Below, piece by piece: positions 13,675-25,950 of a DNA stretch of 64,000 bases. The notes under the pieces were generated by a model. That model saw nothing but the letters and a program-made list of their open reading frames with translations, was not told where the DNA came from and ran no database searches. Origin of the DNA: Rhina ancylostomus (Eukaryota); assembly GCA_030265395.1 (NCBI GenBank), contig JARFYF010000022.1, positions 18,473,944 through 18,537,943 on the forward strand. Reading direction: 5' to 3'. Each line of letters begins with the position of its first letter. Position 1 is the stretch's first letter. Position numbers and translations under genes: made by a program.

Positions 13675-15100
13675 ATAAGAAAATAAGAAATAAAAACAAT
13701 GAATAGGCACTTTGGCCTCGCTTTCTCCGCCATTCAATAAGATCATGACTGATATTTCACCTCAACACCACTCTCCTGTACTGACTCCATATATATATGC
13801 ACTGATTTACTTTATCGCTGATTTTTTTTTAGAAATTGGGTCCCAGAGTCCTACAGCATAGAAACGGGCTCTACAACCCACCCCTGTCCTTGGCGACCAT
13901 CAAATACCCGTACATACTGAACCTATTTACAGTGACTGAGCCCCCACAGCTCTCCTGGGTGGAGAATTTCAAAGATTCTTTTCCTCTGACAGGAGACGTG
14001 TCTTTTAATTTCAGTCCTGAGTAGCTAATCACTATTTTGAGACTACGACCCCAGCCCCCAACCACCCACGACACACCCCAGCCAGGGCGGATATACTTAT
14101 TCTGTAATATCCTCAAAGAATTTTGCATCTTTCAATGGCATCATCTCCCTTTCTTCGAAAGTCTGGAGACGAAGGGCCGAGTCTGCTTAATCCACATTCC
14201 CCCCCCCCCTCAAAAGATAATCCCCGGCACTCAATCAGGTGAACCTTTGTTGCCCTCCCTCTACCACATGTGTATGTTTCCTAACGAAAGGAGACCAGAC
14301 CTCTATATAATATTCCGGTTGCTGTCTCACTAGGGTCCTAAAAAATTTACACTTTTACTCAAATTATCTTGCAATAAAAGCCAATAAATTCTTTGCCTTT
14401 CTAATTATTTCCGTGCATGCTAATTTTCGGTGATTTGTGTATAAGGCCACTTAGGTGCCTCTTCCCTACCTGGGAATGCACTGCTTTTCTACCTTTTTTT
14501 CCTGCCAAAGTGAACAGCTTCAAAATGTCCAGCTTACATTCTATCCACCATGTCCTCGCCCATTCATTTACTCTGTCTATATACCCCCTCCTCCGAAACT
14601 TCTCTTCACCTCCTCATAACTCTCACCGTCACTCATCTTTGGATCATCAACAAACTTGAATATGTTACACTTGATCCCCTCATGTAAGCTATTGGCACAG
14701 ATTGTGATTATCTGGAGACTCTGATCTCTGCCGCACTCCACTAGTCATGGCCCCCAACCCCCGCCACCTCCAAAATCGACTCGTTTATCCCTACTTTCTG
14801 TTTCCTGTCCGTTCTGATTCGTAATCCACGTTAGCATACTGCCTCTGATCTAGTGTGCTCTAATTTTGTTTAATGCCCATTTGTATGGCACTTTCAAAGC
14901 CCCAGTGAAAGTCCAAATGCACCATAGTCTCCGCCACCCCATTTAACTAATCCGCTATTTTAAACTTCAAAGCACCAATAGATTTGTCAAACGTGAGTTC
15001 CCTTTCATAAATCCATATTGACTTTGTCCAATCCAATCATTTTCCAAGTGCTCCCTTACCACTTCCTTAAAATAGATTCCAGCCTTTTCTAACTACTGAG
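13675..15100 (-). mobile_element. CR1 LINE, 5'-truncated and decayed
   Basis: 3' end motif ataagaaaataagaa...ctccgccattcaataagatcatg; RT remnant near 14880-14925 resembling VYLDFQKAFDKVPH on the minus strand. Confidence 0.75.
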
Positions 15101-17024
15101 GTTCAAGGTGACAATTCCTTTGCCGCACAGCACTGTACTCTGATTTGGGTCTTTGTACCGAGGAACCTGGACTATCGATCCACCTGCAGACAGGAGAGCA
15201 ATTCGTTCCCCTTGCCTGTGCGTTTCAAGCGCTTGGCAGTCAGATTGCCGATTCAATGCTGGGTTGCATTCCAATTTTTGCACCAACGGTCACCCAAACT
15301 GCTCACACGCACGCTGACGAAACTGTAATCTCTACATTCACTTCGGCGCGCATGAAAAATTGTGTTCAGTCACAGGTGGGTTTATAAATTCAATTCCGGT
15401 CTTGCTTAATCCCTGCGGGTGCACCCAGACTGGCGAACATTTCTCCGATTTCAGATGCACACTGTCTGCTCACCATTTGTGGTGAAATCGGATGCATCCA
15501 AACGCTTCCTGAAACGTGAGCACATGGCGTGACCGTTCAACTTGTACCAGCTTGCATCCCTTTAAAAATAACATTTGACAACAGGAAATGATTGCAACGT
15601 ATCAATCGCAAATCAGGTTGAGGTAAAGAATCTTTGACCCATTTGATCAGAGTACCAGCCCTGCCATTTTCCTACTCGCTGGCTGTAATGTCCTCCTTCA
15701 GCCCCAATGTGATTTCGGTGTCCTGGGTTCAACTTCCCTTCCTGCCAACCTGTCTCAGCTGTTGAGTACTGTCTACAAATAAACACTTAGTCTGTTAATA
15801 GTTCCTTCACGACCTTCAACGAGTGTCTTTTTATACTGCCTACTAGAAAGGATCCCAAACATTTTATTCCCACTTCAGATGGTCCTCCTGTCCCCTCATT
15901 TTAAGACCCTCTCCTCTAAGTAGAAACATTGAATAAAGCTGTTCGTTTTCATTCGATGTTTATAACTAAAGTAGGGAATGCCCAATTCTGACAATATTCG
16001 CTCTCTCCTTGCAGTTCGAATGCCTGCGGTTCAGGATATCCCGAAGCAGCCCACCTTTTCTCTCCTAGGTCTGTGCGGTCCTTTCTGGGTTGCTTGTTTA
16101 GAAGGACATCTAATTATTTTTCATAGTTCGACCCCTAACAGTCGGGTCTCATTGGTAGCTTCATAATTNNNNNNNNNNTCCTAGAACCTGGATAGATTAC
16201 ATCGTGCGACGGGTGGAACCGCACTTCGTACCACAGGTGTAAGTGACCCGAGATTGCGCACGCACATATAGCTGCTCAGAACACAAAAACTACGTAAGCA
16301 GGCACCTGAATCAAGCAAGGAGTTTCACGTTTCCCAAAAAATGTTCTCATTAAGTTACATTATTGAACTATATTCTGTAATCAGAAGGATTAACCGTGCA
16401 TGCCTGTTTCTTTATTCCTTGTAGTTGCATTGGAATTGGAGCTCTTCCCCGCCAAACGCCAGGGGTGCACTGGTTTTAATGCAGGTGCTTGGGTGTCTGG
16501 TGGGACTGGTTTCCCAGCTGTGCGCCGCACAATTTCGCATGTGCCTAACAAATGAGAGCGAAGGTCACATCGCAGCCTTCATATCAGCGCTCACCCTTTA
16601 CACGAAAGGAAGACATTCAGCTAATGGAAGGGCAACATTTGTGCACTTGATTGTCGGCAGAAATGTGTTAAGGGTATAAGAAAGGGAAAGCACAACAGAA
16701 ATTTCCTTTATTTGTGTTTACTTCATTTCTTCTAACTACACAACCCCTACTGACAAATGGACGAGTAGATAGCCATGTTCCGAGTTCCTCTGGAAGTTTA
16801 TTCCTACTCCTGCAATGCGGCCTCAGGCGTGGAGTCACACGCACAGACAGGGAAATGATGGGCAGCACTGGTTCATAATTGTGCTGCGTTGTATCTGCTA
16901 ATTGGGAATTGAGAATCCATTGCGAACGTTTGTTTACAATTATCAAATGACGTTTATTGCTGTTGAATATTTTTAATGAATTGGGTTTAACAATAACTTT
17001 CGCATTGCATTAGTGATGGACTTT

Positions 17025-17500
17025 TCTAAAAGAAGAGAGGAATCATGGAACGGAAGGACGCCGTTCGGCCCATTTTGCCTTTGTCTACTTTGGGGCTCTT
17101 TCCGCACCGGCGTACTTAGCTATTTCACATTTCAAAGTCCCTATGAGTCTGCTTTTACCACCCTTTCAGGAGCACATTCCAGTTCAGGGAAGCTTTCTCA
17201 ATATGTTTTAAACGTTTTCTTCAATCTCCTTCGATCGTTTTCCTCTATTCCCTTCGGTTACCTATCTACCTGCTAAAGAAAACAGTTTATTCCCCTTACT
17301 TTTGCGATCAAAGCCATTTAAATAGTTCCACACAACCTCTCGACCTTCTCTGATTTAAGGAGAACACCACCAGCGCCTTCAGCCCCATTACGTAACTGGT
17401 TGCTATTCTCCGGTACCATTCAGCTAAATCTCTTCTGATCCTTCCCTTTGAAGACTTGGCATCCTCCTTAAGGTGTGATTCTCGGCACAACACTCCAGTA
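17025..17500 (-). mobile_element. CR1 LINE 3' fragment, decayed
   Basis: aatcatggaacggaaggacgccgttcggccc tail; aaggagaacaccaccagc and aaatctcttctg...catcctccttaaggtgtg match the reverse of the CR1 ORF2 C-terminus. Confidence 0.6.
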
Positions 17501-19179
17501 CACGATGCTAATCTCTAGTTGCAGAAATACTCATATTTACCCAGAATATGAAAGCCCTAAGCACGACTATGTTTCTTCACTTTGCTGTGTTTCTCTGCGA
17601 ACAGTAGTTGTTTGAGGCACAAAACTATAGATATGCTCCAGTTTGTACATACTACATCCGGTAGAGGTATCATCACCTCACTGGTATGTCAATGTATAAC
17701 TGGAACATGGGTGGCTTTGTCAAACTCCATATTAAATTCAAGAACTTGTGTAAACCTGCTCAGCGAGACCACTGAAAACAAAATGACCGGATTTATTTGA
17801 TCGTTTTCCATAAGAAACTGGCTAAGACTAGTTGCACTTTAAAGTCACAAGGTAATCAAATGTCCAACAGGCCTCAAAATAAATCTTTAAATCATAAGTT
17901 TCAATACATTTTAACTTAACTTAAAATTTCACAGAAAATTACCTATATGTGTTAATCCATTTTTAGTCACTAATTTATGTCATCAAACAATACCTGTAAA
18001 ATTCATCTCTCCTAAACTTAGGCATACTGCTCATTAGTACCACTACTATTGTCAGTTCAGAGGCATTCACTTTTTTGGCAGCTTGTCAATTTACAACTAN
18101 NNNNNNNNNNNNNNNNNNNNNNNNNNNNNNNNNNNNNNNNNNNNNNNNNNNNNNNNNNNNNNNNNNNNNNNNNNNNNNNNNNNNNNNNNNNNNNNNNNNC
18201 ACCCTTATGATTCTCTCATTGGTGTCCTCGGTACAGTTGCCACCTGATTTTGCTGCTTCACTGCAGATTTGTGAAATCAGAATTCCACACATGTAGCTTG
18301 TTATAGGAAAACGGCGACCTTGGCAATAAACTACAACCAGTGCAAGCATCAGTGTCTTCATGGGACATAATACCAGAAATCTCTCTGCCACATTCCTTGA
18401 GGCCAAAGATTTTCGTATAAGGATTGTACAGATTTGTGTACAAGGCATTCCCATAGATTTGTCCCCATTACTGCGTTGTCTTTTGCTTATTTTTAATGTG
18501 CAGGAGTACATTCCAACATGACTATTGCCACCTGGCTGAAATAAAGTAACAATGCAGACTGCATACTGATCTTGGAACGTTCATGATCCGTCTAGCTGAG
18601 TTTCTCGTTAGTACAATTGCCTAGATCGGTGTGTAAAGTCTTTCATATTTTGGTTAATCTTGTTCCAGAGGCAGGAAAGCAATATACGGTGACATTTTAA
18701 AATCATGAATAATTACAATGTGGTAAAATCGGAGAATAATGGAGCAGTAAATTTTGAATGGCATGGGATAAAAACAACAGAAAATATTTTGTCCTTTAGT
18801 CCCTTTGTTAATTCCTTGACTTCCTCTCCTTGTGACTTCCCCAAAAGTATCTTCACGTTCCACAGAACACTGCAATGTTAACATGAAGTAGAAGTACTAT
18901 AATTAAAGGAAAAAGAATAATTCCCTCCTGTGGTGTTTTAATAAAACCAATTACTGCTCAGTGAATGGAGCAATGTACATCATCCATAGTATACAATGTC
19001 CTATTATACAAAATGTTCATATTTAACATGTAAAAGGTATCAGTAAACTTAACTGTGATGTCTAAATGAAAAAAAAGTGTTTTTACACTCTAAAAATAGC
19101 AGATATAGCGGGAAGTTATTTGCAATAGAAATACATCTAGAGAAAGTTTAAGTAAAATTGCACTCAGACGTTTATGACA

Positions 19180-19570
19180 TTGACAGAGTAATGGTTTCAC
19201 ATTTAGAAGCCATGTTCAAATTCAGCTTAAACCAAAGGGATAAGAATATCTTTACGTTTTGTAAAGAACTTGTATGTAATACAGTTGAGCCGTGCCAGCC
19301 TAGTTCCTAATGAACATGTGCCTAGAGGACAAAACAATACCTAATTATCTATCAAGTTTTCCTCATGGCTCACTGAGTTTACAGATTGGCTGATGTTGGT
19401 AATACGAAAAAAATGTTTCACTGATGCAGGGTGTGTTACTGCCAAATGCTGGGGTCGAGAGAACTTGAACCAATTGTACTCTGTGTAACATGGTAATGTT
19501 TAATGCTGACACCAACACTGCTTACTGAAATTGGAAGTGTTTCATTCTGCAGCTTTGAGGACCAAAATAA
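19180..19570 (+). mobile_element. LF-SINE-like tRNA-derived SINE relic
   Basis: Ordered motifs tttcacatttag, B-box gttcaaattcagc (19214), cagcctagttcctaatgaacatgtg (19296-19320) and acaaaac resemble the LF-SINE consensus as I recall it. Confidence 0.45.
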
Positions 19571-21169
19571 ATGATAAGAATTGAAATACTCTGTACCCTA
19601 ATCCAGCTTTATATCAAGGGTTCAGTTGGTTCAGTTAGTTCCTCTAAAAATTGCATATAGTGTACATTCTCTTTTCATATCACCACACTTAAATAGATGT
19701 TTCAAGCTTAAATGTTAAAAATTATGAAGAGCAGTAGGGATTCACAACTTCTTGGAAGCTGCAAGGTAAAGCCCAGAGTGATTCATAATTTAACATTCAC
19801 ATAAAAATGTCAATGACTTATAACATATGTGAGACAGTCATTTGTTTTTCTTTGTATCCTTATTTGTTTTTCTTATAAAGGCGAGGTTAAAAAAACATAA
19901 TGCTGATGAAGTACTTGAAGGTGAATCGTACAATGTGATTTGTACAAAAACTAAGGTCGATTTTTTTGCTGTTCCAGTAACAAAATTTCGTTAACTAGTG
20001 CATATAACATGTGAGATTCAGACACCAGTTTTATTGTTGTTTTTATGTTCTTGTAAAATAGTTTAGGTTGCACGCCAGCTTAAACCTAGGAACATAAATT
20101 GAAATAAGGGGATGAAATAAGGAGAGCATATGACAGAACCCAAAGGTAATAGGTATTAGTCTGCCCCATCGGTGGCATTTCTCACCAACCATAGTATGAG
20201 TAGTTCTCTTGGCAGTGGATACAGTAAGACTCTGGGCAGAGTTGGATACCGGATATGACAGCCCTTCTCTTCAGTTAAAAGCCTGAGATAAATAAGTCGC
20301 TTTAAAGTGCACCCCACACCCAGACGCAGGTTTTCACTAACATGGACTGAGTCAAGAGCATATTGGCACACGTGACAATATGAACTCGGGAACTGGGTTC
20401 CAATTCGCTTCTCAACCACCGTAATAACGACTGTGCTACTTCTTTTGCGCTAGTCCAATTTAACTTAGTATTCTTCACCCAGAGGCCATCTTGACTTGGA
20501 TTGAGATTGTTCTGGTACAGAATAACTAAAGTTTGAAAATTAAGCTTCGGTTCTAAGCCCCCTAGTTGATTATCTGGACTTCATAACTTCTATTCTGTTA
20601 CTAGAAAATGGAGGTGGCTGCCTGCTCTGTTAAATCTTGTTGGGAGAAATGTCCAAACAATGCTTTATGATCACTGACCTCACTTGGAATCGCTGTTGCA
20701 ATATTACACTCCATAGAAACTCCAGCCTTCTGTTTCCCTGGGTGTGCATCATGCAATTGTTAATCTCACTTTTCAAAATTCAACATGAAGACAGGTGATA
20801 TATTTTCACCAAACTTGATTAAAGGTAGTTAGAGTCATTAAAAATCTCGTTGGAGGAAACCGTGGAAGTAAACCTTATTGCCGTGTCTATGTGATGAATC
20901 TATCCCGGGGAAAAGGTTTAGTCGTTCATAGGAGGAGAGTTTCAGCCATTTGTGGCCTTGACCTTTCTCTNNNNNNNNNNAGTAACGGTTACTTGGCTAT
21001 TTCGACATATAACCCAATTTCATTAGCAAAAAGAAAAAAAATACAAGCATTAGAACTTTCTAGAACTTCATCACTAAGCCTCGATTTTTTAAATCAACAA
21101 TCTTCTTGATAAATTGCTGTCCCTACCCGACGACACAGCCAGACTACCTTCACCGCGGTATACGAGGGC

Positions 21170-21260
21170 AATTCACCACCGCCACCTCAGGGTACTTCGG
21201 AATGGGCCATAAACACTGGGTTTGCCAGCGACACCAATAACCCATAAAAGAATAATGATA
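21170..21260 (+). mobile_element. LINE 3' tail fragment (CR1/L2 group)
   Basis: gaatgggccataaacactgggtttgccagcgacaccaataacccataaaagaataa resembles a common chondrichthyan LINE tail. Confidence 0.4.
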
Positions 21261-23308
21261 TAAAGACAATCAAATACCACTGAATAATGCTTAGTACCGA
21301 GACACAAGAGACTGATGACGATTAGTACGTCTTGCCCTGAAGCAGACTCGAGAAGCTGCATTTTTGCAATTCTCCACTGCATATGCTTGGATGTCATATT
21401 GTATTAAATTCAGATGAAACTTGGCACTTTTGCAAATTTTTCAATAGGTATCTCTCGAGTAAGTTGATTAATGGGAGTGCCTGCTAGTTACTGCCTTATT
21501 TTGACCCCGTTGTTCCCAAATCAGAACAGAATGAATGAGTTCAGGTTATGTTGCATCCGCCAGGATTCCAACATCCTTGATATCACTAGCTGGCCAGCGA
21601 TGCCCCAAGTCACAATATGGTGAACATGTGATTCCTCCCAAGCAATGTAATTGGTTGCATCCCAAATATCCTTTATCTCAGGGTCACTTTTACGTTGGGT
21701 AGGATATACATATTTACAATTATTTATATTATCTCTGCTATAATCACCAATTCGGTCGTTTACGGAATGATACATTTTTAAAAAGCCGCTTGAGTATTCT
21801 CGTGTCTTCTTTAGTATCGCGCAGATAATTTGGCTTGCGATTTTGGCATGTATCCAACAAGACAATTTTGTTATATGATTCATTACACCATAATGGACTT
21901 ATTAAGGCATCTTATAGCGTGTCAGTCCTGGATTAAGATTTAATAGGACATATGACCAAAATCTTAACATTCTTGCGTCGTTTTTTTTTCTGTATCTCTT
22001 TCAATTGGCAAAGAAGCCGTGGGAATGAAGAAGCGGTAATACATTGTCCCAGCGTATGTCCGCTCACTGGAAGGGTAAACTCGTTAAGCTTGGAATGTGG
22101 AAATACTCTATCTAAATTTTTAAAAATCTGGGTTACGCCCCTACCCGAAGAAGAAAGCTGTGGGGCTTATGGAAACTGAAATCTCTACTTTGGTGTTAAC
22201 ACGGGGTAGAGCTATCTGCCGACGTTATCAATACATTCTTTTTTACCGTACAGGACGAGCTTCAGCTCATCACGAGAAGGACTCAGTAGTGTCCATTCGG
22301 GAGACTATTTATACCTTGATAAGGTACCTGCATATTTATATATTGCTCTGTTACATCTTCCATAAAGTTACGAACAAATGAATAGAAATCACACGTCAGG
22401 ATGACTCCTGTTTTGATCCAGTAGACAGATTCTTGCAGAAAATGTCAAGATTTACCTTTGTTGTAATTCTGTTTTATGCAGAAGCAGAAGTTTAGGCAGT
22501 CTTGCAGGGAGGTGAAATAAAATGAAATGTCGAGTGCACAAAGAACTTCCAAGTTCATTTTGCTGTCTTACCTTAACTCGGGGCAGTATACTCGTAATCG
22601 TTTTATAGCTTGTTACAGATTTATCCTGGAATTAACTTTCTACTGTTTAAGCTTCTGCACTATATATTTGTTTCAGCTCGAATACTTCCTGATGCACATT
22701 TGCTTCTTGAAGACGGTACACTGAGGTATTTTAGGCCCAATGTCTGTGCCGTAAGTATCATCTGATTTGTTTTTTTTTATTGAAAGGAAGCACAGTTTAT
22801 AGAATAATTAAAGATTGACCTTAGAATTCATAAATGCCACATTCACTCTGTACTTGGATTGACACCGGGGGAAAGATTTCTTCTAAGCGTTTCGTGTAAC
22901 CTAACCCGAATCCATTCGTTTACCACGTTGCTTACATTCACAATGTGGGAGCTCTCCATCTCGAGTATTTACACTTGTTGCGAAGTATAAATATAAATAT
23001 CCAATTGTGTTATTAGCCTTCTCCAATACTAAATCATGTCATCAATTAATTTAAGATTTGTATCTACTTCAAATAGCAATATCTTCAGCTTCAACTCTCA
23101 TTCTACTACCTCGAACCTTGAATCTTCTGCTGGGCATCCAGTTTCACCTTTAGCAAATCTGAACCAGTCCAAAACCATACTGTTTATAATCTAAACTACA
23201 GCAAACGCCAGTCACACATCCCTGTGCTTGCTGACCTATACCAGCTCATTCACCAGCCAGATCTTGAATTCAATGCTCTCGGTCTTGTTTTCAGGACCTC
23301 TCGTCAAC

Positions 23309-23330
23309 TTCTCTCTCTCTCTCTCTCTCT
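23309..23330. repeat. (CT)n microsatellite
   Basis: About 10 CT units read directly. Confidence 0.9.
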
Positions 23331-24299
23331 ACTGTCACCCACCTTCCCCCCCCCCAACCCGCCTCCACCCGCCAGACATATTGTAACCTCCTCTCGCCTC
23401 CGGAGAACGGTGCCCTTCAATAATAGACGCCTGTCCATTCTTCACTTTCTTCATTCCACCAGTGCCCAGGGTCTAGAAAGCCTCTCCACCCCCCAAAAAA
23501 AAGTAACCCCCTTAACCCCCTGTTCTCCTCTAAGATTCCCCTTAAAGCTTGCATCATTAAATCACCCGCATTGATTGAACCTCCTTCATCTGGTGTCACT
23601 GTCTGAATTACCGTGCTCCCGTGAAAAGAAAACCTTTGGTTGCTTTCCTACCTCGAAGGCTACGTGTGAAGTATCTCGAGCCAAAAATGCAAAATTATTT
23701 TCAAAAGGAAATGAGCATCCAGAGGGAAGGTACTGCTTGAAATACTTCGACGTGTGCCTTAAAATACTGTGGGTTTTTTTTTGGGGGGGGTTTCCTTTCA
23801 TTCGAAAGAATTGCAACCTAAAGGACCGATCAAAAGTAATCAGTTGTTTAAAGGTTGACAATGGAAGGCCCTACATTACTCTAGTATCTGTAAATCCCCC
23901 ATTAATTGGCCGCATTTCACTGTCCATGGGGCTGTGTGCAGTACAACAGTTCGACTCCTCCGCTCACAAGGTTCTCACGAAAAACAATGAACAATGTTGG
24001 AGGAAATGTATTCTTGTCCTATGTTGGTGGTTCTTTGCTGCGATGTTTGTATCTTTTGCGAATGGCTTCACTATTAAATAACTGAAGTAGACTAGACTGG
24101 AGTTAACATTAAGCATTCATCGTTACGTTACAGCGACCAAAAAAAAACTAACAATGTAGCCTGCACACTCAGTCAACGGAAAGTGACATTACCTCTTTCG
24201 CGAGATTGAACGTCACTCGTCAAATTGCTCCCAAAGAAAAACAAAGCTAATGTTTATTGCATAAATCAGTCAAAAGCACTCAGCTTTTTTCACTTTCTC

Positions 24300-24800
24300 T
24301 TTTTTTTCGGGCGGTGGCAGTTTGAGATGTGAGTTGTGCAGGGCTCAATCCGCTGTAGGGGCACTTCTCATTTGATGGGAGCCAGCGGAGTTTTTGCTGT
24401 TTAGTGGGAGACGGAAAAATTTTACCCAGATTAAGTCCAGGATGGCCAATGAATCTGTGGCGGCTATGCACCCGTCCTCCCACTGCCCTGCGCAACCCGG
24501 CTGATGGATGAGTTGTTAATATAACCCAGCACCTTTCGACTCGGGGCGCCGCTCCTTCGTCAGCGCAGGCTCGTTGAGTTATTGCCCAGTGTCCACTCGC
24601 ACGGCAATTTAACGGGAAGTGAAAGCACAGGTGCGGCAGGCACAGGGGAGCGGAGCTGGGGCAATGCATTGCATGGTGCAGTCTCACGCCAGTAGCATTC
24701 ACTCGCCTTTCTGCTTTACAATCAACACAGCAGCCTGTCCTCGGACACGTCCCGTCGCCCAGGACAGAGCTTTCATTTCGGCCCATTCCTGGTAACCAAA
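24300..24800. promoter_or_regulatory. CpG-island-like segment in ALX4 intron 1
   Basis: Visibly high GC and CpG density relative to the AT-rich background; CCAAT at 24446-24450, TATAA at 24520-24524. Confidence 0.6.
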
Positions 24801-25244
24801 CCGGTCAATAATTTATTTCTTTTGTGGTCTCATTGTTTGTTCTCCAATAAGCAATTTCAGTTAATTTACTCGAATCTGCGTTTTGCTCGAAGCAACGAAT
24901 CTAATTGTCTAAAGCGCCGTTATTCTCTAACGTAGTTCACGGGAGGCAAAGAAATAACGGTCAAAATATGGTTTAAAACGAAGCAAACAACACATGCACA
25001 CTCACAGATCCAAGACATCCTCTGTCTCTCCACAGCCAGTCTCGTCAAACAATAAAAGGATGATAGCGCGTTAAAGTTTACCACTGGGAATAAGTTCTAG
25101 ACTTGACACTGCAGAGGTCCAATCTTTTAAAGGCAGCCACTGTCGCACTGAAGTACGTTTTAATTTCACGCAATGTAAGGACGAATATTCAATCACTCCC
25201 AACCCAAATGGCCCGAGATGAAGTTCCCCCAAGGGATGACTCAC

Positions 25245-25596
25245 CGTAGCAGGGTATCAAGGCGCCGTTGTGGCTGGCTTCTTGAATCTTCTTGTTTTGA
25301 GCAGGGGACTTGGCCGTCCTGCCAGCGCTCTGCATATAGAGATATTTGTTAAAGGCGCTGTCGCCGGTGGGGTTTTGAACGTTGGTGTCCAATGGCTCGC
25401 ATTCCTGATGGAAGGGGTTCCTCGACTTGTCACCATAACTTTGGCCTTTGTTGGCCAGGAAGTTGGGGCCGAACTTGTCACTTGGCTGGAATGTTCTAAA
25501 AGGAGAGTGTTGATGCTCTCTCCCCTGCGGAGTTGGGTTATAGTATGAATCCATACTCGTTATATCACAATATGACACGCAGGTTTCCCCGTTCAT
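25245..25596 (-). CDS. ALX4: ALX homeobox 4, coding exon 1 (352 bp, ends phase 1)
   Basis: Translates MNGETCVSYCDITSMDSYYNP...SPFRTF..DKFG..FL...HNGALIPCY, matching the ALX4-specific N-terminus (MNAETCVSYC...). ATG at 25596-25594; donor G|GTGAGT at 25245/25244. Confidence 0.95.
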
Positions 25597-25950
25597 TCCC
25601 AAATACAAGTTTCGAGTACTTGAGCGCTCTGGCAGACTCGCAGCACGGAACTGACTTGTGAACGATTCGGAATCGCGGAGCATAGAAGGGAGTTGACTTG
25701 AACTCGAGTCCTTTTGTGGGTTTTTTCGTGAGAGGCAGGGGCTTGTAGATGCAACAACTTGCTATATCCCAGACCCTCAGCGTCTCCCACCTCTTCCCCC
25801 CAATTAATATGTAGATCAGATAAATGGGGAGGTCAGATCTCCTCACAAAACACTTCAAAAGAAGGGACAATTAAACACATGACAGTAATGTAATTAGGAG
25901 GATGAATATATATCTGTTCTTATCTTAAAATCCAACCCGGGTCAATTTAG
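25597..25950 (-). promoter_or_regulatory. Putative ALX4 5' UTR and proximal promoter
   Basis: Lies immediately upstream of the ATG. CpG-rich, followed by an AT-rich segment with TAAT/AATTA motifs (about 25800-25900). The TSS cannot be determined from sequence. Confidence 0.55.

Noticed and set aside
15995-16035. tRNA T-arm/B-box-like gcagttcgaatgcctgc
   Set aside because: No A box, cloverleaf or acceptor stem; not a tRNA gene.
23575-24786. Two 168-aa ORFs in intron 1 (23575-24081 plus, 24280-24786 minus)
   Set aside because: No recognisable domains or splice context; the second is explained by the GC-rich island.
25593-25790. uORF whose stop overlaps the ALX4 start (ATGA)
   Set aside because: The ORF begins at GTG, not ATG, and any ORF in that frame must end there because ALX4 starts ATG-A.
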